64,000 bases of DNA from a virus (taxonomy: Duplodnaviria > Caudoviricetes). Made by a program: the position numbers and the translations under genes. The DNA lies in the IMG/VR virus record IMGVR_UViG_3300042445_001485. One strand, given 5' to 3'. The notes beneath the pieces are model-generated. The model saw nothing but the letters and a program-made list of their open reading frames with translations, did no database searches and had not been told where the DNA came from. Below, piece by piece: positions 1-8,540 of the stretch; positions within the stretch are counted from its first letter, which is position 1, and every line of letters begins with the position of its first letter.

Positions 1-125
1 GAAGTAATCCTGTTGAATCTAAAGCATAACTCTATAGCATGAGTGCATCCGTCTGTGACAACCACATAAGGTGCGCCGGTATATTCTGCCAACGCAGATT
101 CAAATTTAAACAGGTCGTGAAACAT
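1..125 (-). CDS. DegT/DnrJ-type PLP aminotransferase-like protein (N-terminal part, runs off the window)
   Basis: Hand translation MFHDLFKFESALAEYTGAPYVVVTDGCTHAIELCFR resembles the N-terminus of sugar aminotransferases. Overlaps the end of hldD. Confidence 0.55.
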   Translation of the reverse strand, partial: MFHDLFKFESALAEYTGAPYVVVTDGCTHAIELCFRFNRIT

Positions 126-951
126 CGGGGTTTACCTTGATCCAATCTTTGATTGACATCCAATTTTGTGGACCGATAGCCTCGTACAACTTGTTAGTGT
201 TGGCACAAGTATAGACTTGATAATTGCCTTTTAATACTTCTGGCATATCTATATATTCTATGTTGGCGTGAGTTAGTCTAACAATTTGATCAGCTACATG
301 TTTGAAACTTACAGCAGTACCAGTACCCACATTCCAGATTCCTGAATTGATTACTTGCTGTATGAATTGTATATGTGTCCAGGCAACATCTTCAACACAA
401 ACAAAATCTCGCAAATAATAATCACTATTATGAAATAGTTTTATGGTATTTGTAGCATTGGCCTGTAATCTAAATTGGGTGACAGGACTTGCTTGTGATC
501 CTTTATGTTCTTCATGATTACCATAAACATTAAAGTATCTAAATCCTTGCACAATGATTTTTCCGGTGGGATTTTGTTCTACATGTCGATCAAACAGGTA
601 CTTGCTCCAAGCATAGGGGTTGCGAGGATCGGGCGGACTATCTTCTCGAAAATCAGATACAAGTCCGTACACACTGGCACTACTGGCATACTGTAAGTTA
701 ATGCCTTCTTCACAACAGCGTTGATACAGCCAACGACTAAAGTCGTAGTTGGTACGCAGTATGCTATCAACATCACGCTCTACTGTACTTGAGTTTGCCC
801 CCAAGTGTACGATCCAATCATAATCATTGAACAACAGATCGAGTTCATCTGTACTATCCCATCCGTCAACATGCCAGTCGGTATGTTGTTTAAAATAGGC
901 AATTAGATTTCGACCAATGAACCCTTGACTGCCGGTGACCATTATTCTCAT
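106..951 (-). CDS. hldD: ADP-L-glycero-D-manno-heptose 6-epimerase
   Basis: GSQGFIG Rossmann motif, HLGANSST, YASSASVYG, YAWSK (YxxxK), RYFNVYG, RDFVCVED. Confidence 0.88.
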   Translation of the reverse strand: MRIMVTGSQGFIGRNLIAYFKQHTDWHVDGWDSTDELDLLFNDYDWIVHLGANSSTVERDVDSILRTNYDFSRWLYQRCCEEGINLQYASSASVYGLVSDFREDSPPDPRNPYAWSKYLFDRHVEQNPTGKIIVQGFRYFNVYGNHEEHKGSQASPVTQFRLQANATNTIKLFHNSDYYLRDFVCVEDVAWTHIQFIQQVINSGIWNVGTGTAVSFKHVADQIVRLTHANIEYIDMPEVLKGNYQVYTCANTNKLYEAIGPQNWMSIKDWIKVNPDVSRPV

Positions 952-1718
952 ACAACCTCATCTACACTGGGTGCATAGTTACCGATGTGTTGTACAGTGA
1001 CAGCACTGGCACGGATGGCAAAGTTTATAGCAGGAGCCATGTTATCTTCTATTAGATATTTGTATGTCAATGCCGCTAAAAATGTATCTCCGGCACCGCA
1101 CACATCGGCAACTTCCACACGCCTAGTAGTAAAATGTATGTCATTCCATACGGCACCTTTATCACCTTGTGTGACAATTAGATCTGTACACCGACTGGTG
1201 ATACGACTCAATTCAAGTTGATTAATTTTTACTATACAGCCTTCAAGTCTTGCTAGATCTGTTTTCTTTGTGTCAACAAAAATAGGTCCTGTAAATCTTT
1301 GTTGTAATTCAGCAATTAACTTGTAAGTCACAGTGCCCTTGTTATAGTCACTGATAACAATAGCATCAAATTTTTCTGGCATGGCATGTAAGAACGCCAA
1401 GTTAAATTCTGGCCAATTTTCAAGTGGTGTACACTTACTATCGCTGTCGATGCGTACAATTTGTTGTTTACTGCGACTGTCAATCAGTCTAGTTTTTGTT
1501 GATTTTTCACAATGCAAGTAAAGAACTTCGCATCCTAGCATTTGTAAGTTTTTTAATACATTACCTGCCATGCCAGGTTTGCGTTCTTCGTGTGTGCATT
1601 CAAACACCGGCACAGGAGCCTCGGGACTGATACGATCCACAGTTCCAAACTGGTAAACATCAACGCAGTCGTCGCCGATTAGTAATATCTTGAATTGTCT
1701 TGGTTGTTGAGTATTCAT
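948..1718 (-). CDS. D-glycero-D-manno-heptose-7-phosphate kinase (RfaE domain I, PfkB family)
   Basis: GTVDRISPEAPVPV, PGMAGNV, ISDYNKG, DVCGAGDTF. Confidence 0.88.
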   Translation of the reverse strand: MNTQQPRQFKILLIGDDCVDVYQFGTVDRISPEAPVPVFECTHEERKPGMAGNVLKNLQMLGCEVLYLHCEKSTKTRLIDSRSKQQIVRIDSDSKCTPLENWPEFNLAFLHAMPEKFDAIVISDYNKGTVTYKLIAELQQRFTGPIFVDTKKTDLARLEGCIVKINQLELSRITSRCTDLIVTQGDKGAVWNDIHFTTRRVEVADVCGAGDTFLAALTYKYLIEDNMAPAINFAIRASAVTVQHIGNYAPSVDEVV

Positions 1719-2070
1719 CTTTTAATTTGAAAAATTCTATTTGCTTGCAATATTCTTGTCCAATAATTGGATAGCCTTTGTAGTCACTGCCCTTGACCAT
1801 GATATCAACACCGTACTGCTTGATCGTGTCAACTAATTCTTGATCAGAATCAAAAATACAAACCTTGTCAACATATTTTAAACTCTCTAGCATAAATTGT
1901 CTATCAATTTGGTTATTGATAGGTCTAGCACTACCTTTTAGTTCTTGAACTCGTCTATCTGAGTCTATAGCAACTAATACTTCATCACCAAGACTACAAG
2001 CATATTCTAGCATTTCGAGATGACCTCGATGAACGATATCAAAGGTGCCGTTAACAAATACTCGGGTCAT
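1660..2070 (-). CDS. D-glycero-D-manno-heptose-1-phosphate adenylyltransferase (RfaE domain II)
   Basis: NGTFDIVHRGH (HxGH), DSDRRVQELKG, RPIN, VKGSDY, YSTT. Confidence 0.88.
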   Translation of the reverse strand: MTRVFVNGTFDIVHRGHLEMLEYACSLGDEVLVAIDSDRRVQELKGSARPINNQIDRQFMLESLKYVDKVCIFDSDQELVDTIKQYGVDIMVKGSDYKGYPIIGQEYCKQIEFFKLKDEYSTTKTIQDITNRRRLR

Positions 2071-2426
2071 CGTTGGCTATCACCTTTGCCCACACGATAG
2101 TTGTCTTCCACACTGTCTGGTGTACTAACTTCGATTACCGTACCAGCTTCAACGCATTCTAGTTGATGCGGCTTGCAAGGTTCATTGTGCCAGACTGCAC
2201 CGTCACGCAATTCTGTTTCGTGTTGTTCAGCGGTGGCAGTATCAATCCACCGAACAATAAATTTACCTGATTGTACATACCAAGTTTCTTCTTTGTCTCT
2301 ATGAAAGTGCATACTGAACTTGGCACCGGTGTTGAAGTTCATGAATTTGCCGCAGTATCGGTCGTTCGTGGCCCAGATAAATTCTGATCCCCAACCTTTT
2401 GGAACTAGGCCTTTTAGTTGTGTCAT
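2067..2426 (-). CDS. Cupin-fold protein (sugar-phosphate isomerase-like)
   Basis: KGWGSE, SMHFHRDKEETWYV, PHQLEC, IEVST cupin motifs. Confidence 0.7.
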   Translation of the reverse strand: MTQLKGLVPKGWGSEFIWATNDRYCGKFMNFNTGAKFSMHFHRDKEETWYVQSGKFIVRWIDTATAEQHETELRDGAVWHNEPCKPHQLECVEAGTVIEVSTPDSVEDNYRVGKGDSQR

Positions 2427-3394
2427 TTAGTGTACCATTTGTGTGCTGAGTCGATAATAGTTTCGATGTTGCTGTATTTGGGAACCCATCCTAATAGGTT
2501 CTTTGCCTGTGTGGCGTCTGCTACTAGTATATCTGGATCGCCAGGGCGTCTTGTTCCGTAATTGACAAATGGTAGTCCGTATTTGTTAAACACATAATCA
2601 ACAATTTGTTTATTACTTATACCCTCCCGAGTGCCAAGATTTAAAACATAAGCACCTGGTTGCGGATAGTCATCTAACAGGTAGTTGACACCCAATATGT
2701 GCGCTTGTGCCAAATCCCATACGTGTACATAGTCTCGAACACAAGTACCATCATCTGTGTCGTAATCGTCACCGTTGATGGTAAACGCACGATCAGCAAT
2801 GCTGGCTTCTAATGCACGAGCAACAATATGTGTAGCGCCCGGTTCTTGACCTAGATCCGAGTTAAAGGGCTCGGCACCTGCCGCATTGAAGTACCTAAAA
2901 CACATGCTATGAATATCGTATGCTCGGAAGTAATCATCCAGTATGCGTTCAGTCATGGCCTTGGTGGCACCATAGGGACTGATAGGTTGTATGTCACTGC
3001 CTTCATCGGTGGGCCAAGTGTCGGGCACACCATAAACACTGGCACTGCTACTAAACAAGATCACAGGCCGTTTGGACATGTGTCTAACAACATTCAACAA
3101 GGCAATGGTCTTAACTATGTTGTTGGTGTAGTATTCAGCGGGGTCAGTCATGCTGGGTCCAACCAAGCTGGTACCAGCACAATGCACAACAACATCAGGT
3201 TCTAAATTAACAATCAGTGACAATGCCTCGTCACTGGCAAAATCGGCAATCAGATATCCATCAATGTCTTTGAGAGTATGATCTCGTTTGATTTGATCAA
3301 TGATGTTTACAGTATCATTGTTTTGTTTAAATGCTCGCGCAACATGGCTACCTATGTAGCCACATCCACCTGTTACAACAACAGTTCTGTTCAT
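2423..3394 (-). CDS. galE: UDP-glucose 4-epimerase
   Basis: GGCGYIGSH, FSSSASVYG, PYGATK, RYFNAAGA, DGTCVRDYVHV, RRPGDP. Confidence 0.87.
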   Translation of the reverse strand: MNRTVVVTGGCGYIGSHVARAFKQNNDTVNIIDQIKRDHTLKDIDGYLIADFASDEALSLIVNLEPDVVVHCAGTSLVGPSMTDPAEYYTNNIVKTIALLNVVRHMSKRPVILFSSSASVYGVPDTWPTDEGSDIQPISPYGATKAMTERILDDYFRAYDIHSMCFRYFNAAGAEPFNSDLGQEPGATHIVARALEASIADRAFTINGDDYDTDDGTCVRDYVHVWDLAQAHILGVNYLLDDYPQPGAYVLNLGTREGISNKQIVDYVFNKYGLPFVNYGTRRPGDPDILVADATQAKNLLGWVPKYSNIETIIDSAHKWYTK

Positions 3395-3576
3395 TATTTT
3401 GCTTTGGCAGCTACTCTCGCATTTTTAGTTTCGGTAATTTCGTTACGGCGTGCCTTGACTGCTTTACCTAGTTCTACCAGGGCCTTGCGAGCACGAGTGC
3501 CTGCGGCATTGTTACCGGCTTCAAACTTTGCACTCTCTGCTAGATATGCGTCAAAATGTTCTTGTAAATTTGTCAT
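3394..3576 (-). CDS. Histone H1-like nucleoid protein (Hc1 family-like)
   Basis: KFEAGNNAAGTRARKAL resembles the Hc1 core GNKAAAQRVR. Basic 60-aa protein. Start moved to the ATG at 3576, which follows an AAGGA SD. Confidence 0.68.
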   Translation of the reverse strand: MTNLQEHFDAYLAESAKFEAGNNAAGTRARKALVELGKAVKARRNEITETKNARVAAKAK

Positions 3577-3605
3577 TTTATTTTCCTTTGTTAAATGATT
3601 ATTGA

Positions 3606-4112
3606 TCAACTATTCAATACTTTTGCCACTGAATTCATCACACTGGCAATACGGCCGATGTCACGAAGTTGTTCTACTGTGTAGCCTTCTTGCTTCAATG
3701 TTTCATAATGTGCTTTCACACAGAAGTGACACTTGCCCACAATACTTGCTGCCAAACTAAATGCTTCAAAGTTTGACTTGGTAGTTCCACCGTGGCTGGC
3801 AATGGCATTCATGCGTAACTGTGCTGGTAATCCTTTCAATGCTGGATCATCTGCCATCTCAACATAGGGATACCATACATTGTTCTGGGCCATAATACTT
3901 GCGGCGGTCATTGCTGACTCTGCGTGTACCGGAGCATCTGCTAAAATTACACTTAGTATTTTACCGTTACCAGTTGCGGCAAGTGCGGCCACGGCGCAAC
4001 CCATGGCAACATCTGCATCCAATGTGCTACGCAAAAGAACAGCATCAAGATTCAACTTGGTGTCTTTTGCGTAGTCTGGCAACGCCGATTTAACTGCATC
4101 AATGAATGCCAT
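3606..4112 (-). CDS. ahpD: Alkyl hydroperoxide reductase D
   Basis: LPDYAKD..LNL N-terminus, MAQNNVWY, GKCHFCVKAH (CxxC). Adjacent to ahpC. Confidence 0.85.
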   Translation of the reverse strand: MAFIDAVKSALPDYAKDTKLNLDAVLLRSTLDADVAMGCAVAALAATGNGKILSVILADAPVHAESAMTAASIMAQNNVWYPYVEMADDPALKGLPAQLRMNAIASHGGTTKSNFEAFSLAASIVGKCHFCVKAHYETLKQEGYTVEQLRDIGRIASVMNSVAKVLNS

Positions 4113-4669
4113 TATAAAGTCTCACCACCAACGGTGCGGTTACATGCACATAGTTCGCCAGTTTGAAGAGCATCTAAAATACGTAGAGTTTCTTCTGGAT
4201 TACGACCAACATTCAAGTTGTTAACTGTTACATGTTGAATAACATTGTCTGGGTCAACAATAAATGTTGCACGAAGTGCGGCACCTGCTGGAGTATAAAA
4301 TACACCCAACTGTTCAATCAAACTTAGATTTTCATTTGTTTCTGGGTTCCAACGCTGTGTGTCAGCAAATTGGTTGTGTGTGATTTTGATTAGATCACTG
4401 TGACTCTTTTGCCATGCCACCTTGCAGAACTCGTTGTCTGTGCTACCTGTGAGCAATACAGCGTCACGATCCGCAAAGTCACCTGTTAACTTGTCATAGG
4501 CCACAATTTCTGTGGGGCATACAAATGTAAAGTCTTTTGGATAGTAAACGATGATTTTCCACTTGCCTTCAAATGACTCATCTGTGATGTCAAAGAACGC
4601 ATCTTCTGGTTGTCCTGGCTTGACGCCCGTGACTACGAATTTTTCTAACTTATTGCCAACTGTTTTCAT
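4112..4669 (-). CDS. ahpC: 2-Cys peroxiredoxin
   Basis: YYPKDFTFVCPTE peroxidatic motif, VGRNPEETLR, resolving GELCAC. Confidence 0.92.
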   Translation of the reverse strand: MKTVGNKLEKFVVTGVKPGQPEDAFFDITDESFEGKWKIIVYYPKDFTFVCPTEIVAYDKLTGDFADRDAVLLTGSTDNEFCKVAWQKSHSDLIKITHNQFADTQRWNPETNENLSLIEQLGVFYTPAGAALRATFIVDPDNVIQHVTVNNLNVGRNPEETLRILDALQTGELCACNRTVGGETL

Positions 4670-4695
4670 TATATTTTTTCCTTTATATTAAACGA

Positions 4696-5922
4696 TTAAT
4701 TTTCTTCTAAACTTTGCTCTGTTGCAGTAGCAACGATACGCTCCAATGCCAGAGTAGGATCCCACTCTCGACAATACTTCTTGCGATTAGCACGACCCTT
4801 GGCAGAGTCTGGATCATATTCAATCCAAGTAAACTCGGTACCGTCACAGTCGGGACAATGGTCGTTATAGTCTGCATCGGTATGCCGGTCTTCCCCCATT
4901 CCTACCCAACCACATTTCTTATTATCACACGAAATATCTACAGGTTCTGGTGGTTGGTTGACCCATGAACCGGTGTCCCAGTTGTATCCTGACCAGGTAA
5001 CAATCTCTCCTGTGATAGGATTGAACTTGCCGTATTCCCATTCACCAAACTGTGTGCCATCCCAGTATGCTGTGCCATATGTTGTACCATAGTGTCGCCA
5101 TGTACAACTGTAATAGCCTGGGAGAGTGGGTTGGACTTTTGTAAATTTAAATGTCTCAGACCGTTCCCAAGTGCTGGGACTTGATCCATGTGGAGGATGT
5201 CCCCAGTTTTTTTCTTCGGGTGTATAGGTTTCCCACGAATTACTATCCTTTACAAGATACATTCCAAAGTCGCTACTCTTGCCATCTGTGCTACCACCCC
5301 AGTTATCAATGTCTTCATCGTCGTAAGTAACACCATTGACCAGTTCTTCTCCATCAATTTCATCGTAGCACAAGGTTAATTTGGTAATGTCAAACGGTTG
5401 TGTAAGTTCGATGTGGCCTTCGAAGAATGTGCCTTTTTCGTTACTGCTACCGACAAACACCACAGTACCCACAGGTTTACTACCAATCCATGCTTCGTCA
5501 CCACATGACCATTCAGGGCTGTCGTCACTGCCGCCATCGCAATCGTCTAGACTTTTCTGAAAAACGGTGTCACCTTTTTCATCTTCGATCTGTAGTGTAC
5601 CAGCATTACGGCTAACACCATTGACATGTGCCATGTCATCACATTCATACCACGAACCCGGAGGAAATGGCAGCCGGTCAACATCAAGGTTCATGTCATC
5701 TTGTACAGTTTCCTCATCGCTCCAGGCAATCTCAGACAAGTCAACTTGATGCTCCATGCAGTAGTCCCATACTGATCGGTCCACTGTGCCCATGACTTTT
5801 TCGCCACCGTAGCCCCACATGCTGACTTTGTAGGTTCTTGGTGTGAACTTGAGAGTCGCCATTAACTGCTCATACTCGGCGTTGACTGCTTCCGCTTGTT
5901 GGGTTTTATTCTTCTTTGCCAT
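4696..5922 (-). CDS. Hypothetical acidic multidomain protein with C-terminal Zn-ribbon
   Basis: 408-aa ORF with SD. CxxxxC...CPDC near the C-terminus. Confidence 0.7.
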   Translation of the reverse strand: MAKKNKTQQAEAVNAEYEQLMATLKFTPRTYKVSMWGYGGEKVMGTVDRSVWDYCMEHQVDLSEIAWSDEETVQDDMNLDVDRLPFPPGSWYECDDMAHVNGVSRNAGTLQIEDEKGDTVFQKSLDDCDGGSDDSPEWSCGDEAWIGSKPVGTVVFVGSSNEKGTFFEGHIELTQPFDITKLTLCYDEIDGEELVNGVTYDDEDIDNWGGSTDGKSSDFGMYLVKDSNSWETYTPEEKNWGHPPHGSSPSTWERSETFKFTKVQPTLPGYYSCTWRHYGTTYGTAYWDGTQFGEWEYGKFNPITGEIVTWSGYNWDTGSWVNQPPEPVDISCDNKKCGWVGMGEDRHTDADYNDHCPDCDGTEFTWIEYDPDSAKGRANRKKYCREWDPTLALERIVATATEQSLEEN

Positions 5923-5931
5923 TGTGATTCC

Positions 5932-7128
5932 TTAATACTTTGACTCATGTGTGTATCGGCGATAGTCTGTGCTCATACGCTGCCAAGACTCGCCCCGGCC
6001 TTCCATAATATCGCAGACGCGATCAATAGTGCCATCAGTCCAGTTGCTAATACTACCCATGTTGGCATGCGGCTTGACCAATAATGGCATCAACTTACGG
6101 ATGGCATCGTCTATGCTCCAAGGGACATAAAGTCGGTCAGGATCATTAGCAAAGGTTTCTGGGAAACTACGATAAGCAGGGTAAAGCACATTGCAACCCA
6201 GAGTATCAGCCTCAGATACAGTGTTTGAAACCCAATCTTGTAAAGCACAATTAAATAACACCCTAGTATCGTTAAGTAAAGCATAGTAGTCATTTTTATC
6301 CAAGTCCTCATATAGCGTCAACAGTCCGCGAGCCTGTAGATCTCTTGTACGAGCCATATAACTGTTATTGTTGCTCTTTAGTCGGGCACCCGAGAAGATA
6401 GCAAACTCCACACGATTCGTGGGATCTAGTCCCATTGCATCATGTCTACGATTCCATTCTTCAATCAAGTCCATGTAGAAGTCTGGTTGCTTTTCTTGAT
6501 CCCAGCGGGCCGCAAAGCCCACTCGCATTTTACGGTGATCAAATGATTTCAATTCGCCTGGTACTCTTGCACGGACTTCATCTTTACCGAAAGCTAGTCC
6601 GGAGATGTTGTATATAGGGGCTTCCCAGCCGGCAATTTTCATGTGCATGACCATTTCTTCATTACTGGCCAACACACCAGTTACAAAGCTATCAACCATC
6701 TTTTCATACAAGCCCATCCACTTGCCCATACCCCATACATGAACAAAATCATCAGGATCAATGCTCTGTGCAAGACAACGAACATAAATCCTAGGTCTAA
6801 GATGTTCTGGCACTTGATTAATAATGTACGGTAATGATTCAATGCCTGGCTGAAACATGTCTTCAAAGTACACAACATCTTCATTGGTGACTACCCCTTC
6901 TTTCATCCACTTGATTAGATTCATAAGTTGACTCATACCAAAGTATGTGCGTCCATGTGCGTCCAGAACTTGTCCTGTTACAATGGCTTGATCATTACTT
7001 AATGTATCACCGGGCACCAACACATAGTCGATGCCACGGCGTTCAAAGACTGCTTCATTCCAGTCTTGTAACTGTAGTGTATATCTTGCTTTGTAGGGCT
7101 CTAGGCCCATGTAGAATAACTTACGCAT
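5932..7128 (-). CDS. GT-B (GT4-like) glycosyltransferase
   Basis: FAARWDQEKQP, FNCALQDWVSNTVSEA (GT4 ExFx-LEA equivalent), LYPAYRSFPE. Start MRKLF at 7128 is coupled to the upstream stop. Confidence 0.75.
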   Translation of the reverse strand: MRKLFYMGLEPYKARYTLQLQDWNEAVFERRGIDYVLVPGDTLSNDQAIVTGQVLDAHGRTYFGMSQLMNLIKWMKEGVVTNEDVVYFEDMFQPGIESLPYIINQVPEHLRPRIYVRCLAQSIDPDDFVHVWGMGKWMGLYEKMVDSFVTGVLASNEEMVMHMKIAGWEAPIYNISGLAFGKDEVRARVPGELKSFDHRKMRVGFAARWDQEKQPDFYMDLIEEWNRRHDAMGLDPTNRVEFAIFSGARLKSNNNSYMARTRDLQARGLLTLYEDLDKNDYYALLNDTRVLFNCALQDWVSNTVSEADTLGCNVLYPAYRSFPETFANDPDRLYVPWSIDDAIRKLMPLLVKPHANMGSISNWTDGTIDRVCDIMEGRGESWQRMSTDYRRYTHESKY

Positions 7129-7394
7129 TAACGATACTTCCAATTGGTATTGGTATTGCGAGGCTTCCACTCCTTTCGTGGTTCTTTGGGATATGGACTC
7201 CAATTGTCCTTGGGAATCTTGCCTGCTTTGACTCGTTGCCATTCTCCCCATGGAGTCTTCTCGTTACCTAGATGACCTTCATCGTACACATAGCCCTGTT
7301 TCTTACAGAACTCTAAGTACTCATCGAGCTCATTGAAGAGAAAGTCAACTTCGGGTTTCATACGAAGATATTTTTTAAGCCAATCTTGTGACAT
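7128..7394 (-). CDS. Hypothetical protein
   Basis: 88-aa ORF with AAGGA SD, packed in the operon. Confidence 0.7.
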   Translation of the reverse strand: MSQDWLKKYLRMKPEVDFLFNELDEYLEFCKKQGYVYDEGHLGNEKTPWGEWQRVKAGKIPKDNWSPYPKEPRKEWKPRNTNTNWKYR

Positions 7395-7403
7395 TATATT
7401 TCC

Positions 7404-7847
7404 TTAAATTACAATTGAAAGGTTTGGACGGGTAAGGTTGTAGTGTATGACGCATCCGTTTTCACCGTCCTCGGATACTTCAATTGTGACATCACGACTG
7501 GGGTAACGCCCTGCAATTTGTATGTACAAGTCATCAGCAATCATCTCACATGACTTGTGATCTAATGCTAGTATAGCATCTTTATATAAATTTTCCAACC
7601 AGCGTTTGAATTGAATAAACTCAATATCGCGATCATTATGGAACACATCTATGCCTACTCTAAAGTGGAATATATGTCTATGTGGGTTGGCTAAAAACGA
7701 TACATCATATTCATCGCCGGTGGCCAGCATGGGATCGGTTGCGGCAGCAGGATAAAAATGAATGCCTTCCTTTTGAAATGTCACAAATATTGTGCGTTGT
7801 GCGGCCGCTTTGATTCGTTCTACAGTTTCTCTTGCTTCTTGATTCAT
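7404..7847 (-). CDS. QueD-like T-fold protein (DpdL-like)
   Basis: EGIH, LANPHRHIF (LxxxHRHxF in place of QueD CxxxHGH), SCEMIA, VSEDGENG. Confidence 0.72.
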   Translation of the reverse strand: MNQEARETVERIKAAAQRTIFVTFQKEGIHFYPAAATDPMLATGDEYDVSFLANPHRHIFHFRVGIDVFHNDRDIEFIQFKRWLENLYKDAILALDHKSCEMIADDLYIQIAGRYPSRDVTIEVSEDGENGCVIHYNLTRPNLSIVI

Positions 7848-8371
7848 AGTACTTGATCTTTGGTATATTTAGACCAATCAGTAAAAACTTTTCGATCTAA
7901 TAGGTTGTGAAGTTGGTGGCACCAAACTCCGGGGTTGGTTGATTTGAAGTCTCGATCGTCCAGCTTGATTGTAGCATTATATCCCAACTGAAATATATAG
8001 GGCAATTTGACCGAAATCATGGGAATAAAGTTATGGTATTCAACAAAACCTGCTTCAAGCAAGCCTTCCGTACAAGTGACATCAATGTCTAGTGTGCAAA
8101 GGTGTTCCTTCTCCAGGAAGTGATAAATCATCATTTCCCATTTGGCCCATTCAGCACCGTCATTGACTGCTAGGTTAGGGAAACTTTGGTTGGCACCAAA
8201 ATAGATATGTTCCACAGGTTGACTGCCTGAGTCCAGTGCTTGTGCAATATCCGCAACACTTTGTACACCAACAACAAACATTGTGTATTTGCCGTAAGCA
8301 GGTGTATGCTCTACCTCTGTGCCATAGAAAAAGTTAACACCCTTGTGTCCCTCTCTAATCATTTGATTCAT
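7844..8371 (-). CDS. Conserved-looking hypothetical protein in the modification block
   Basis: 175-aa ORF (YFGANQSF, STNPGVWCH) overlapping both neighbours. Confidence 0.7.
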   Translation of the reverse strand: MNQMIREGHKGVNFFYGTEVEHTPAYGKYTMFVVGVQSVADIAQALDSGSQPVEHIYFGANQSFPNLAVNDGAEWAKWEMMIYHFLEKEHLCTLDIDVTCTEGLLEAGFVEYHNFIPMISVKLPYIFQLGYNATIKLDDRDFKSTNPGVWCHQLHNLLDRKVFTDWSKYTKDQVL

Positions 8372-8540
8372 CCTGAAGTTGTTGCTTTAGTTTAGCAATT
8401 TCGTCTTTGAAATGCAACCTCTTTTTCTTCAATTCAGCAATCTGTTTGTCCGAAAAGTTTCCTGTGCGTTCCATTTGATCAACTTGCTTGTCCAGTGCAT
8501 GGTGCATTTCTTCTAGGTGTGCAATTCGGTTTTTAATCAT
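8355..8540 (-). CDS. YdcH/DUF465-like small coiled-coil protein
   Basis: LEEMHHALDKQV...LKKKRLHFKDEI pattern. Confidence 0.65.
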   Translation of the reverse strand: MIKNRIAHLEEMHHALDKQVDQMERTGNFSDKQIAELKKKRLHFKDEIAKLKQQLQDESND

